This document shows, one piece after another, positions 11,700 through 24,410 of a DNA stretch of 64,000 bases; positions within the stretch are counted from its first letter, which is position 1, and every line of letters begins with the position of its first letter. The stretch covers positions 62,001 to 126,000 of the forward strand of contig BDGG01000014.1 of assembly GCA_001949185.1 (NCBI GenBank). The letters are read 5' to 3'. Below the pieces are notes generated by a model. It was not told the origin of the DNA. It saw only the letters and a program-made list of their open reading frames with translations, and did not search any database. This stretch comes from Ramazzottius varieornatus. Its lineage: Eukaryota; Animalia; Tardigrada. Made by a program: the position numbers and the translations under genes.

Positions 11700-13717
11700 C
11701 TACCGTAAAGCCAAGGACTTTTTATCAGGATTGTACGAAGGACGTTGGGCAAGCTCCAACTGTGAAGTATTGTGGAAAGTATTCAGCAGGTGAAACATGG
11801 CGCCCAGCGCCCATGACGTTTCTACCCCGTTAATCTTCTTCTGTAACATCATATCTTGGTGCTCCCCAAACCCGAAACCGTCCATGAGCAGAGCACTGAT
11901 ATAGGACAGATCCATACATAAAAAGGCTTTGTCAGGAACCTTCTCGTTATCACAGACTTGTTTGGCTTTCTCCCGAAACACCCCTACTTTGATCTCTCCA
12001 CCGGCCACATGAGGTATGATACCTGCATCTACAGCAATGTCATAAAAGTAGCTAAAAGCGTAAAAAGTTTCTTTGTGGACTTCCGACTCGTGGTGGATCT
12101 GAAGTGAGACGATTTCAACGGCTCGTGAGTAACACCGTTCGAATCGGCTGTCTGGAACTGCTTCTTTGGGAGTGGTCACGATAAAGTCGGTCGAAGCATG
12201 CTGCCATTTTACTTCCACTTCTGGATGGAAACATGGCGATGTGAGGTGGTTGTTCGTCAGCTGGACATCTTCACCGGGAGTTTCCAGTGGGAAGCCAAAC
12301 ATCTGCATCCTACAAAACCAGACAATCAAAATCAATCAGCCGTCGACACATCAAACAGGACATGCAGGAACACCATATTGACGTTACCGCGGCCTCATAC
12401 AGTCTAGCCGAGTACCCTGACGTCTCATATGCCGTTATCCAACCAGAAGCATATTCACATTGCTACAGCTAATCAATTTTAGTATCAATCAATCGTCCAA
12501 ACGGGCTATGTTGTTTCTTACCTTGCAGACATCAGGCCGAACCCGAGATAACTCCACGAGTACAGCGTCAGTCGCTCCCCAAAGATTCTAACATGATGAA
12601 GATATTCCTTTGGAGCATTATTGCAGGTGAAGTCGTACATCGGGACGAAAGTAATCTGCATGGAGCCGCCACCAAGATCCAACGTTCCAACCGTCTGCTT
12701 CTTCAGCGTCTCTTTCCTCATCATCCTTCGAAAACTCTGCTCATGTTCCAGATCGTCATCACACTCGTACTTGTGGTGAAGAGTATCCAATAGGTAGTTC
12801 ACTGTGATCCAGCTGTACAGACCCTCGTCGATGCCTTCCATGATGCTGATGGATTCATCGTGGCTCAATACGAAGGGGGAATTACTCTGCAAAACAAACT
12901 TATCAAGTCAACAATCAACAGGTAAATCAAAATTCCATCAGTCTACCCCAATCAACCCGCGCACAGACATTCTGGGAACCCGAGCATAACCCGACGATCC
13001 CAGATATCATGCGCGAACCAAACCGGGGAACGTAAGAAAACCCTAGATGTGGCAGAAAAGTGAACATTTTGGGGCGTTTCGAAAGAACGACCTCACCTCA
13101 AGGTACGCTTTGACGTTGTCTAAGAGTCTTTCCTGGATATAAGCGGGCAAAAGCCTCAGTCCAGCGGTCGCCTTGAGCTCCAGCGGCGTTTTGGACCACA
13201 GATACTGGGGAATACATTCCAATGCTCGAGCGATCAACGGTTTCACGTTCTCGTACACCATGTCTGGGATGGCAGCGTAGTACGACAATCCCGGTTTCAG
13301 GTGCTTCCCGCATTCAGCCACCAGTCTCATGTATGGTGGGCGAAGTGACTTGACGAAACGGAAGGCTGAAAGACGTGTGCCTGTTGATCCGGCATCGATG
13401 ATGATGCCGTAGACATCCCCCGTGTAGTTGTCATACCTGACCAGGTCCCTCGAGACTGTTTCCTCGACAGCATATCCCGCTTTGAAGGCTGATTCGGCTT
13501 CGTAGTGGGAATGCTGCAGTGAAGAGAGGTACGGAGAGAACTGGTAGGTGCTGAAGGGAAGGGACGAGTGGACGTCTTGACTCCAGAACGGCGCTGTAGT
13601 GAGCCCCTCGATCAACCGGAACAGCAAAAGCTGGAGGGTTGTACAAGTAAAAAGTAAAAAGATGCAGCACCGAGGTTTGCTGAAGAGCATCGTTGAGCTG
13701 CTCGAAGAAAGATCCAT
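11700..13717 (-). CDS. ENTPD5: Ectonucleoside triphosphate diphosphohydrolase 5/6-like (GDA1/CD39 family)
   Basis: Exons 13717-13097, 12886-12522 and 12309-11700 with GT-AG junctions in frame. All five apyrase conserved regions are present (DAGSTGTR, ATAGLRLL, DEGLYSWITVN, DLGGGSMQ, SWALGA). Single N-terminal hydrophobic segment. ENTPD5 versus ENTPD6 is not resolved. Confidence 0.92.
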
Positions 13718-14317
13718 TTTCTCGAATCCCGATCGAGAATCTGTCCGGTACAAATACGACAACCAGTTTTTCCTGCTCGGCCTGCCAAAAACAAGAGAAA
13801 ATTTGATTAGCGGTAAGCGGTAAGCGCACACTACACCACTGTCACATCAGTCGGAATTACATGGAACGGCTCGCCAAAACTGTCTACATATCTGCTAAAG
13901 CAATGGTGAGTCGACCGGACGGCTTCTCATCGTGCATTTGGATTCTAAATCCTACTGCCTGGAAGAAACCCACGTCAGCACAAACTCACTTGTCTCGCAC
14001 GGCGTATTCTCACCAGTAAGTGGTGGAGCAACTGCCGAAGTCATCAGCGGTGCACGAAAAGATGAGCGCAGCGAGGAAACCGGGTCGATGAACACGTCAA
14101 AGTCATCTGTAGGAGTACGGACGGATATCAATCACATCATCTGGCCGAAAAAGAGCAGTCCATCCTCAGGCGTCTCACTCGTAGCAACAAAAACCCCGAT
14201 GTTCTTCTCCCATCTTTGGCCCAGGAGAACAAACAAAAATGCACGCTTAGTACGCTACGAGAATCCCAATTTTCCAGGAGAGAGTCACTGGAGAAGAAAA
14301 ATCACTAGTGATACGTA

Positions 14318-14474
14318 CACGTGCCTGGCCTAAATGGGGGGATGGTCAAAAATGTAGGGAACGGNNNNNNNNNNNNNNNNNNNNNNNNNNNNNNNNNNNN
14401 NNNNNNNNNNNNNNGTCGCTTTCGCTCATTCCTCATATATTTTTGTCCATCCCCACATTTAGGCCAGGTGCATG
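14318..14474. mobile_element. TA-flanked MITE spanning an assembly gap
   Basis: TA|CACGTGCCTGGCCTAAATGGGGGGATGGTCAAAAAT on the left and its imperfect inverted copy ...CATTTAGGCCAGGTGCATG|TA on the right. Confidence 0.8.
14365..14414. other. Assembly gap (50 N)
   Basis: Run of n. Confidence 1.
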
Positions 14475-15794
14475 TACAGTATATATCAGTTCTCAAGCGT
14501 TCCATTCACTGTTCGCCAGGGGCCAGGGTGTATTTTTAGAAGCAAAAGTGTTCACGCCACTCCAGGGACGCCACTCTCCGGCTCCGCGCTCAAAGCCCGT
14601 GTAATCAAGGCTCTGGACAAGTTACTCTGTAGTTCGGCAAACAATTATTCCCTTGCTCGGTACCTCGGGACTGTTCCCACTCCCGACTTCAGACTCGGGA
14701 GTAACCTCATACATCACGTTTATTCCTTACAGTGCCTATACTAAATGGTTAGGGGGTGGCGGGTGAGGGCGTGAGGGCTGACTGGCCATTTTTCTTCCCT
14801 TTCCGTCTGGAACTCGTTTTTTGTGGCTAATGTATTGATAGGATTGAACCCAATACATATATGTGTTAAGCTACTGTTTCTACCTAATTTTGTCCGATTT
14901 GTTGAGGTGGGATGCGAGACATCGAAGAGAACATTTCTCGAGTTTCTTGCGGCAAGCTCAAACATCAAATTAACCAGTACGAAAGTGCGTTGATTACGTT
15001 TTCTTGAATGAGTGGGTTTATTTCTTTCCGAGAAGGCTGTCAAAGAAGTCCCTGGACTTCCGGGGAGCCTATGGGTATAGCTTACAGTCTTCATTTCTGT
15101 GTCGCTCAATCTCAGACGCCTACACGCCTGCATATGTGGGTTGGGTTTTTCCGGATCGTTACGATCCAATGTGCGGAGAAGTCCCTGAGGGGCTCAAGCT
15201 GACACCTCCGCTCCCACGGATATTGCATTTATTGAAGGAGCTCCCAACACAGCATATATGACGACTTTCCATGTTTAGTCAGAGATTAACCGAGTCCCCT
15301 GATGTTCATCAACCGTTGCAGTGTTTCCGCTCATCCGTTTCTGTTCTTTTCATCAGCCTTTGAACAGGCGGAGCTTCCGGTATGCCCGACCCTGATCCTC
15401 GTTGACGATGCCGGTAATACCGATGGGGACCAAATATAACAGACGTCATGCGAAGTTTTTCGACCAGAATCTAATTTGACACCTACAGTACCGATTTCGG
15501 ATGTCCCATTATTCGAACATCCGGCACGATTTTTACCAGCCGGATCCACCAAAGAGCAACCTGTACTCAGCGTGATGTCACTCTAATGGTCGAAACTTGT
15601 GTACGTACAACAAATCATTAGCTATTGCAGTGTCTTGATGTTGTTACTTCCAGTCTGACAAATTCATTGCATGTATTGTTTGAATAAAGAGACCACTCTC
15701 GCCACCCAAACACTGCACTCAAGCTTCTGTTTTTTCTAGACTAGTTAGTGACTTAAGCTTAGGGGTTAACTTTACTTCTCTTTGTGTTGCCAGA

Positions 15795-16124
15795 ATGTTC
15801 TTCTCCGTAATGAAGCTTTTCACCTTACTCGTGTTGTTGTCTTGCTGGTGCTCGGTGATTCAGTGTGGATCCCGGTGGACTTTGTCGAATAAGTACCAAC
15901 AGCGCGGCTCGGTCATGAGAAGGGGACCGTACGTCCCGTTTTCGGACTATAACATCAACGACCCGGGAATCCGCCGTTTCATGGGATATGGAGTTGGTTT
16001 GGGTGGCGTGCGGAGACGTCAGCTTCAACCGTCGGCCTTTCTCCAAAAACAAGACTCCCGACATGTCCTGAAGCGTCAGTTCTTCAATCCTTATAGAGAG
16101 CTATACCTTCCCGAAGATGTGTGA
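15795..16124 (+). CDS. Small secreted protein, candidate neuropeptide/prohormone precursor
   Basis: Signal-peptide-like N-terminus (MKLFTLLVLLSCWCSVIQC), four basic cleavage sites (RR, RR, RRR, KR), and a polypyrimidine-CAG acceptor just before the ATG. Confidence 0.65.
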   Translation: MFFSVMKLFTLLVLLSCWCSVIQCGSRWTLSNKYQQRGSVMRRGPYVPFSDYNINDPGIRRFMGYGVGLGGVRRRQLQPSAFLQKQDSRHVLKRQFFNPYRELYLPEDV

Positions 16125-18354
16125 AAATCTTGGCTGGCTTTTTGGCATCGTCCAGTGTTTCATGAGTAGTTCACCGAGATGAAACTTTTCTTCGTCCTGA
16201 AAGTTCTCCCGCTGTGCTATCTGATCGTATTGTCTAGAGTAAAAAAGCTAACATCAAGAGAAAACTGGACATGAACAGTGGCGGGCCATACCTCCGATTT
16301 GAAATAGCGCCCCAGAAGTTTCAGCGTAGGCCTGTCGGAATTTCCATAACAGCAACGTTGCTGGCTGGAATTCTTCAACGCTTGAGTAGTGTGCTTAGGC
16401 TCTTACACAAATCAAGCTTTGGGCCGTCTTCAAGCTCTTATCTGGCTCGTAATCATGAAGCAGCAGTTTTTCGTTTTGTGCTCGGGATTCTGGAATACCA
16501 TAAACCAAGAAGCGGTTCCCATAGAGAGATGTTGACAACTTAACTGGCTAGGTTCATTACAGTCTACCTGGCTGGACGAGCTTGATCGTTTGGAATAACA
16601 CGATCAAGCGACTTCCACGATAGGTAGGTTGTTCTGTGGTAGGTACCACAGCTTTCACGCTGATTATAATTCTTCGTGAGGCTGTTCATAGCGAAGTATG
16701 TGGATCTCGACAATCAGTTTCTGCAGAAGATATCGGTCCGCTTCGAGAATAGCTGACTTCATACAGCTTCTGGCGAAAGCCATCTCTAGGTGAAAGTCTA
16801 ACAGACCCGAATGGTGGGAGAGCGAAAAGGTTGCACGTGCCTTACCTTGCCGGATTACTTCCTGATCCTACGGTGTTCGTCATTCAAGACTGTTTGATTG
16901 CCAAGGGCATGCACTGAAGTCTCGTCGGAACGCTAAGGAATATTCGCAAGCCGTGAACGTAGACCTCCTTGTGACACTCGAAGCCCGGAGCCCTCCGCGG
17001 ACCCGATCCTAGCGTGCTAAGTTTCGACCTGTTACCCAATCGAGCAAAGACAGTCGTTTGTGTGACACGGTCGTATCCTTATTGCGGGAAGGTTCTTTCC
17101 TACCAGACACTGACATTCCAGAGGTTGATACAGTGCTCGAGCAGAGCAAGAAATCGGATTAGCGTAGGAATGAGCCAATTGAAAGGGAGCACGTGGGCGG
17201 AGCCGAATCGATTGAACCCACTAATGTGCTCGGTGCTTAATTCCCGAGTAAGGCATAAGGGCCGTTACTCGAGTGCGTAAGAAATCCGACTAACATTCCA
17301 ACTAAGCTTTTCTGTGGGTATTTCTTCCCAAAAGTTTTTCAAAACCTCAGATTTGCTTTCAAGACGTCCCACCGAGGTGCCAACTGCCCCTCTAACTGCA
17401 TCTTTCAGGGTTTATCGTCGGTTATTAATTATTCGTCAAACTGTAGCAACGACTGCACGCTTGACTGTGACTTTGTCAACCTAGAAAACAACGAAAATCC
17501 CAGTTTGACTGTGGGTGTAACTGTGGCTTTCGAAAATTTGATGAGACTGCAACTTCAACTGCGACTTTTGCCACCATAAGAACGTCTCTAACTGTGGCTT
17601 TTGCCACTTTCTGTATTTTAATTTGCCTTTAAGTGCTGTTTTTCGTATCAAGATTCACTCAAGCTTTAAGCAGTCGGAACTGGAAATCACTTTTCCCGTT
17701 GCTGTATCAGAACTAGAAACTTCGTGTGATTTGACATCGCATCTTACCAAAAAGTCATTAATTACGAAAATTGATGGAGGTTTTGCAAAATCTTCCGGAG
17801 AAGTTACGCTAATCGGCTGGATCGCGTAGCGGGTCTCAACCTCAGCCGATAAGAGTAAGGAATGGAAGGGGCCAAAGTCTTACGCTACTCGGATTTCTTG
17901 CGCTGCTCGAGTTCCGTATGAACCTCTCTATTACTACAACTCACTTCACTGTACAAGTACAAAATCCTGCTCAAAATACCGCTTGACCATAATCCCGACC
18001 ATGTACAGTACAGTTCATGACGTGCTCAAAATTTTCACCGACTTGTATCGTACATACATAACCGGCATGAAGATTACAAGTCGGAAAGTCCAACGTGGAG
18101 ATTACAGCCCAACATTGTTTTCTATGCTCGATTGTCTGACCTTGGCACCCCTCATATGATCTTAACATTGCGCGACACCCCTATCTCTTTCAAGGCTCAC
18201 ACCTCACCAGCTTCGCTCCTGTTTTGCCCCCTGAAGATTTTTAAAGAATGGGAACAATTTTACCCTAGTTTAGACACCAAAAAAGATGAGTTTGAAACAG
18301 AAAGCCAGAATCGAGACTTGTAATCACCACACCGGAATTTTTGACTTTAAATCT

Positions 18355-21020
18355 CCATGCGGGCCATTATGGAAAAAACTGTCACTGAGCTGTTTCCGTA
18401 AATTTTGTTAACTGGTATCTCGATGATGCTACGTTTGGAGGGGATGTGGACAGGGTGATTGAAAATTTCCAGCGGGTAGCTGATCATTGAGCGGTTCTTG
18501 GTCTTGAACTGAACATTGACAAATGCGAGATCTTCGTCTTTGGCGGAAGTAAGAAGTAACAGCTGACAAACAAGTCCCTCGCAAAAGCCATCTTTCCGAC
18601 CGTCACCCCCGTTAGCAGTGTGGACCTGATGCTACTGAGAGATCCCGTTCTTCCGGAAGCGGTACCAGCAGTGCTAAAAGAAAAGACTCGCCAAGCAGAG
18701 CTGATAGCATCAAGACTAGGAAAACTAGCTGCCCATCAGGCTTTATTTTTGTTGAAGAAGTGTTTGCACTTGCCAAAGTTGTTATACGTTTTGCGATGTA
18801 GTCCTGTATGGAAATTTCCAGATCTACTTTTCAGTTTTGATGATGTTCGTCAAAGGAGCGCCGCGAAGATTACGAACATCAACGTGACAGATCCGTTCTG
18901 AGAGCAAGCCAGCCTCCCAGTCGCAAAAAGTAGACTTTGCCTTTACCGAGCAGAAGAAATTGCCTCTCGGCCTACATGGCCTCTATTTCTTCTGCAAAGC
19001 TGCTGGACACTTCTGTGGTTGCTCACTTCGATCTGGATGAACTATGCGCGGCTGAACTGACATCATGGATGGAGGTGTCGGGAGCTGAACTTCCGCTGGC
19101 GGCCCTTCGCGTCTTCGAGCGCACGTGGGACTTGCCCGTCGTCGAAAAAAGCTTCGACTAAGTTCTCTAGGTAAGCTCAATAACACCTGCAGCACCACGT
19201 GTTTTATGTCAAAATTGAACCATGGGGCGCGAAACGATCCCAGAGTTTTTGGCTGGTTTAAAAACGAGCGCCACCGCCCCTCGACCAATAGCAACGTCCT
19301 CACTCTGGCCGAAGCATGACACCATGTGTAGTAATCATTTAATCCACCCCTTCATCAGAGAAACACAGGAATGAAGAACAAGCAACCTCCCCAAGTCTAC
19401 GAATACGATGTGAAGCTATTCTTCTCACACTCAGAACAAATTACAGCTCCAATGGACTTGTGGTGCAATTCACAGACAGGGATATCGAATGTACTGCAAT
19501 AAAGCAGGAGGATAAGCCAGCACAAGTTTTGGACGGGATGGAGCGTGAATGACGCTTTTAACGTACTAGAAAGAACACGATCTGAAGGCTAGTTAGATTC
19601 TCGTACACAGCGAAACGAGCGGCTGTCCCTTCTTTTTCATGTGCGGCTGCTTGAATAAAGTCCATCATCGAAGCTGGGGAAAGAAAGCCTACAAAAAGCA
19701 AGGGTTATTCTGAGATCAACTTGTTACCACAGCTTGTAAATCCAGAGTCCTGGCAGTTCTTACCCTTCCTTTGCGAAAGCGGACTGAATATACATATATA
19801 TGAAAAGAGAGAACGTGAAACTCGAGATAAAATGAGAGCGAATAATGACAGCCGAAATTCACGAAATAGGTATATGAACACCAGTCGTAGTCAGCCCAGT
19901 GGCAGGGGGGACGCCCCTCGGCGGCACTTCGAAATTTTCGGCCACTTTGATTTTTCTCTGTTGAATACAGAAAAAATTCCCACCGAACCTGACAATGGCA
20001 TACGAGACAGGAAGTAACTCTCAACGTTTGCCTTTTTTTTAAAGTAATCCATGAAGCGACAAAAATCATACAAATCCATAGAGCCGTAGAGGCCCAATCT
20101 ACCACCGTTGAAACTTCGCTTTGCTGGAGTCGTTCGCTACAGCTGGGCACTGGCTATCCATCTTCATCTGATAGAGGAAGATTTTGCCCAGGCAAAGCAG
20201 AAAAAAGCAGGCTGATCGACTGAATGCGAAGCTCGCAACAGCGCAGTGGCGGTGCTTTTGGGATCGTTCCGATCTCATGGTGCTGCAGGTGTTGACGGAA
20301 AAGGCAAGATTGTTGGCGGTATCGACGAAGGAGTCGGGAGCGTGACTCAATTTTTCGCCTGATTTCTGCCTGGGGCACCTTTTCGACGACGATTGTCTGC
20401 GGATCTCGGTAGGTCAGAGACTGGGTGCTCCCATCTGTGAACCACACACCTGTAGATGTTCAACAACGGTCGACGTCTACGGGAGACACGGAATAAGCTT
20501 TAGGTACAGTACTGGTCGGCACAGCCGCCACTCGGTTCTGAACAAATCGCTGCGCCGTGCTCTGGTCACTTGTCAGTCCCCCGGAATACTCGAACCCAAT
20601 GGTGTACTTAGAGACGACAAACGGAAGTGGCCCGATGGTATGACGCTCGTTCCTTGGAAGGAAGGTAAGACCTCAGTCTGGGACGTTACCTGTGTGGACA
20701 CGCTGTGCGACAGTCGGGTTGATGGATCGGAAGAGAACGATGTTATGCAGCCAACAAAGCCGAAGATCCAAGCGGACAAAGCATCGGAACGTGGAAGGCC
20801 GGTACCTTTTCTGTCCAGTTGGTGTCGAGATCCACGGAAGTTTTGGTCGTTCGGCGGCGAATCTGCTAAGGGAAGTCGGGAAGAGAGTTGCAGACCACAC
20901 GAGAGAAGATCGTCAAATTTTCGTAGACAGCGTTTTAGTGTAGACACTCAGGAAAGAAATGCTGCCTGTGTTTTGGGAACTTTTCCATTCTCTCGTGGTC
21001 TTGAAGAAATCTTTGATGTC
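18355..21020 (+). mobile_element. Decayed CRE-type non-LTR retrotransposon (RT + restriction-like endonuclease), 5'-truncated and interrupted
   Basis: WYLDDATFGG, GLELNIDKCE, LPKLLYVLRCSP, QASLPV; then after the insertion RLG.PICEPHTCRC...HG, RHSRH, PDGMTLVPW, WDVTCVDT, PVGVE..G, NAACVLGT. Many stops. Confidence 0.88.
19184..20291. mobile_element. Non-autonomous piggyBac-like DNA transposon nested in the CRE element
   Basis: TIRs CACCTGCAGCACCA(C/T)G, subterminal inverted AACGATCCCA, and flanks ATAA / TTGA (each one mismatch from TTAA). Removal restores the host frame VSS(L)TEKARLL. Confidence 0.82.
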
Positions 21021-21435
21021 TTGGATACTCGGAGCCGGGAAGTCCAGCTGGTGCTAGGCTTCTTTTTTGTTCTACATTTTTCGAGATTTTATTTACTGCT
21101 TCCGAAGAGTCCAAGATTAGTTCCAATTTAGGTGAAATATTATGCGCCCTAAATTAGCACGGGCTTACAGTATTCAGGGCCCGGCATCGTGCGCCAGCTC
21201 ACAATACGCAGATCTAAGGGACCATTCGAGTATTACGTAAGGTTTCGGTATTAGGAGCCACTACGCCTATCCCCTGTCTCTCCTAAGCACTGCGTATAGT
21301 TCCCAGAGCCACCACCTGAAACCTAATTTGTTGCGTAAGATTTCAAGACCCCATCAGAAGCCAAAAAGAACACAATTCCGCTAGCGAAAATACAGGGAAG
21401 TGGTGCGGACTGAACTCAGTCTGCACCATTGGAAG

Positions 21436-21921
21436 TAAGGTTGCCTCGACCGGCCCGGGCCCATCGACCCGCAGACGACACCGGGTCGATGTTTGACCCG
21501 CGGGTCGATCGAAACCAACTGTAATAAGGATCTTGTAGTGCTACTGGGTAGTCCTGACATTCGGTTAGCAGGTACAGTCTTACCTAGGAGACGCGACAAC
21601 TGCTTTGGTCTGACTGAAATGTGCTATGTACATTACCGCTATACATAGTCTGTTTACGCATGTTAAAAACGGATGTGTCCCAAAACATGCTGCCCACTAG
21701 TCACAAGTTGTTTTAGTTTGATGTTCACTAGAGCCACGCAAAACGCCTCGAAAAAATATGTATTTACCGTTTGATACTGTTACTCAACTGACCCTGGGTC
21801 GATCGTGTTAACAAACGACCCGTGGGTCGTTTGCGGGGCGAGGTCCTATTGATAGCTTCGACAATGTTCACGACCTGTTCGATCCCGAGTCGATGGGCCC
21901 GGGCGGGTCGAGGCAACCCTA
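21436..21921. mobile_element. hAT-like MITE
   Basis: ~35-bp TIRs TA(A/G)GGTTGCCTCGACC(G/C)GCCCGGGCCCATCGAC with internal GACCC/GGGTCGA motifs; an 8-bp TSD is not preserved. Confidence 0.8.
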
Positions 21922-24410
21922 TGCCAGATGCAAAAATACCGTGTGTTTCTTCGCCGAAGAATTTATCAGACGATGGAAGTTTAGGCTGAACTGATCATCA
22001 TAATGTAATGGGGAAAATAATGTAAAGGAACGAACACGGAGGCATTCGAAGTCTGGGGGCTCTGGGTATCGAGCACGATACGTAAGTTTAGGAGCTAAAA
22101 AGGGCCAGAGCAGCTGTAAAACCCTCACGCCCATTCATGACCCAAACCAAAGCCCTTCTAGCAGGAGGACAGGTCACGACACGAGTCATAAAACTGGTCT
22201 CTATCGAAAGTAGTTGGGGAAGCAGCCACGCATCGTATGGATCTCTCTGTGTGAGAAAGGTTGGGGACAGGATCATATGGATATGACAGTATATGAATCG
22301 ACATGCGACAAAACGAGGGAAAGAAAATGGGTGCGGGCGAAAGTTCCTTTGAGCGAATCTGCGTGCACTCTTCCATGACTCAGTACCCGCTTCCCCCAAT
22401 CACTGGACTGAGGCGCAATAGTGTCCCCTTGCTAGAATGGCTTTGCCCAAACATTGGAGAGAGTTCGTTCGTTCATAAAACTTACGAGAAAGTGCTATCA
22501 ACGGATTCAAAGTTCTGCCGCAACATAGTGAATCAGGGTCGCTGCTGAATAACTTCACGTTAGTAACGTTACAACGAGGCTGATGTCGTGTCTTCAACTG
22601 CGCAGCTCGTTTAACGCTCTTCGCAGATGTGTCAGGTAATGAATCACACTTGCGTTTCTGTGCGACACGAACCGCTTTCAACTTTAATATTTTACGCGTG
22701 AAATCAACAGAGGTATTACGCGTCCTTTTCGACATTTCAATGACATGATATGACGTTACTCGAAAGAGCTGAACGAACGAGATGTTAAGGAACGATCTGT
22801 ATTCGTGCTGATTATCACGAGTCGATGAAAGGACTGAGGTTACTGAAAGAACTTCGCTATGCAATAACGCACAAAAACCCAAAGGCACAAAACATTACAA
22901 ATCATAAACAAATAAGTGCGGCCTGCAATGAGAGACTAAAAACGAATTATCGGTTGACACATGTACATAGCATATTCTGCGAGCACCAAACTTTTCACGG
23001 CTTTCCACCGAGTGGTTTCTGAGAACACTAAGGAACAAGATGTTTGGAATTGACATTAGTTATAATTTAGACTTCTTTCCTCACGCGCGTTGTTTCCGTT
23101 GCTGAGTAGTTTGAGTATCTGTGGAAGAACGAGCTCGCAGGCTCTCTGAACGGTTTGATGCTTTGTCAGCTAGAAGTACAATACGATCACAAAGCCTAAC
23201 GATGAAAATTTACACCGATGCATCCTCGTTGGTTCGGTACTTCCAGCCCCGACTACTGTTATGCCTCGCGAAGTGGCGTCACATGAAGCGAATGCTGTAT
23301 GCGTCATCCCACCCGTAAACTCCACGGGTACCGTGACGTCACTTCGCGAACACAGTTTCACCGTCGACGTTACCAGCCTCATTCGGTAGTCTGCTGCCAC
23401 TGGGTCTGCGATAAACTTACGCCCATCGAGTACTACCGCCTTCGGTGACTCTACTCGACAAACATTAGGGCACTACCAGGAATGATAATCGGCGTTAAAG
23501 ACGCACCCGTCGCATGATCGATACTTTTAGCCAGTTACTGATTGGACGCCGCCCTACGATTGTTTAGGCATGAGCGAGGACCCTGTTTCATCCAAGGAAC
23601 ACCGGGCATTCAAAAGGGGATTTAAGGAGGAATGGTAAAATACTCAGCCATGTAGAAACTCATTCCAGTGCCATCCTTCGACCGTCAAGGGTCAAACACG
23701 CCAGCAAAAATACTGAATTTATTTCAAGTAACCAGGTACAGTAATCGTAAAATGCCTGCCTGGTGATCATGTCATCCTCACTTTTTAATTTCCTTCAGAA
23801 GTGGACTATTGAACTATTCAAGTACGGAGCCTTTAGTCTGAGTGGATTGAAATGCCATTATGGACCTAACCCTAGACCTGATCCATTGCATAGGTATATT
23901 CGACATCTCGTAGCTTGAAGCAATCAGCTAGTACCATTCCGTCGTGCTAACGATCTTGAGCGTTGTGCTTTGCAGGAAATTCAGTTTACACTACCTCCTC
24001 GCACCCAAGGCCCGGCTAGTCAAGGCCGCACCGCAGGCGGTGATTTCCATCGCATGGTAGAGCATGGCATGGTAGAGCTGGTCGATAATAATCATATTTC
24101 GATAAAGCCTTCTCCAACCCATCTTCGCACTTATCCGCGGAAACCGCATTGATGTTTGATGCTTGTCTCTCGTAGCATATGACAAAGTTTTTCAATTAAC
24201 CTTTTAGGGAGCGAGAGTCAACCGATGCTCGATCCTTTCCATCTGCAGCACCCTCTACATTCAAGGACAAACTTCCGGGTAGATTTCCGATCGCAGGCGA
24301 CCTGCTTCTCTGTGACAAGGCACGAAGCGAATTGATCTTGGTGCAGTCGTATGTACAAAATCAGTTCTCTGATTCTACTAATCTTATTCAATCAGAAAAC
24401 TGCCAAAACT

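Noticed and set aside
16271-17280. Short ORFs that look like degraded coding sequence
   Set aside because: No identifiable motifs or consistent splice structure
21216-21245. TAAGGGACCATTCGAGTATTACGTAAG resembling a PIF/Harbinger MITE end
   Set aside because: No matching inverted end was found nearby
23121-23318. KIYTDAS resembling an RNase H motif
   Set aside because: Isolated motif with no other retroelement signature
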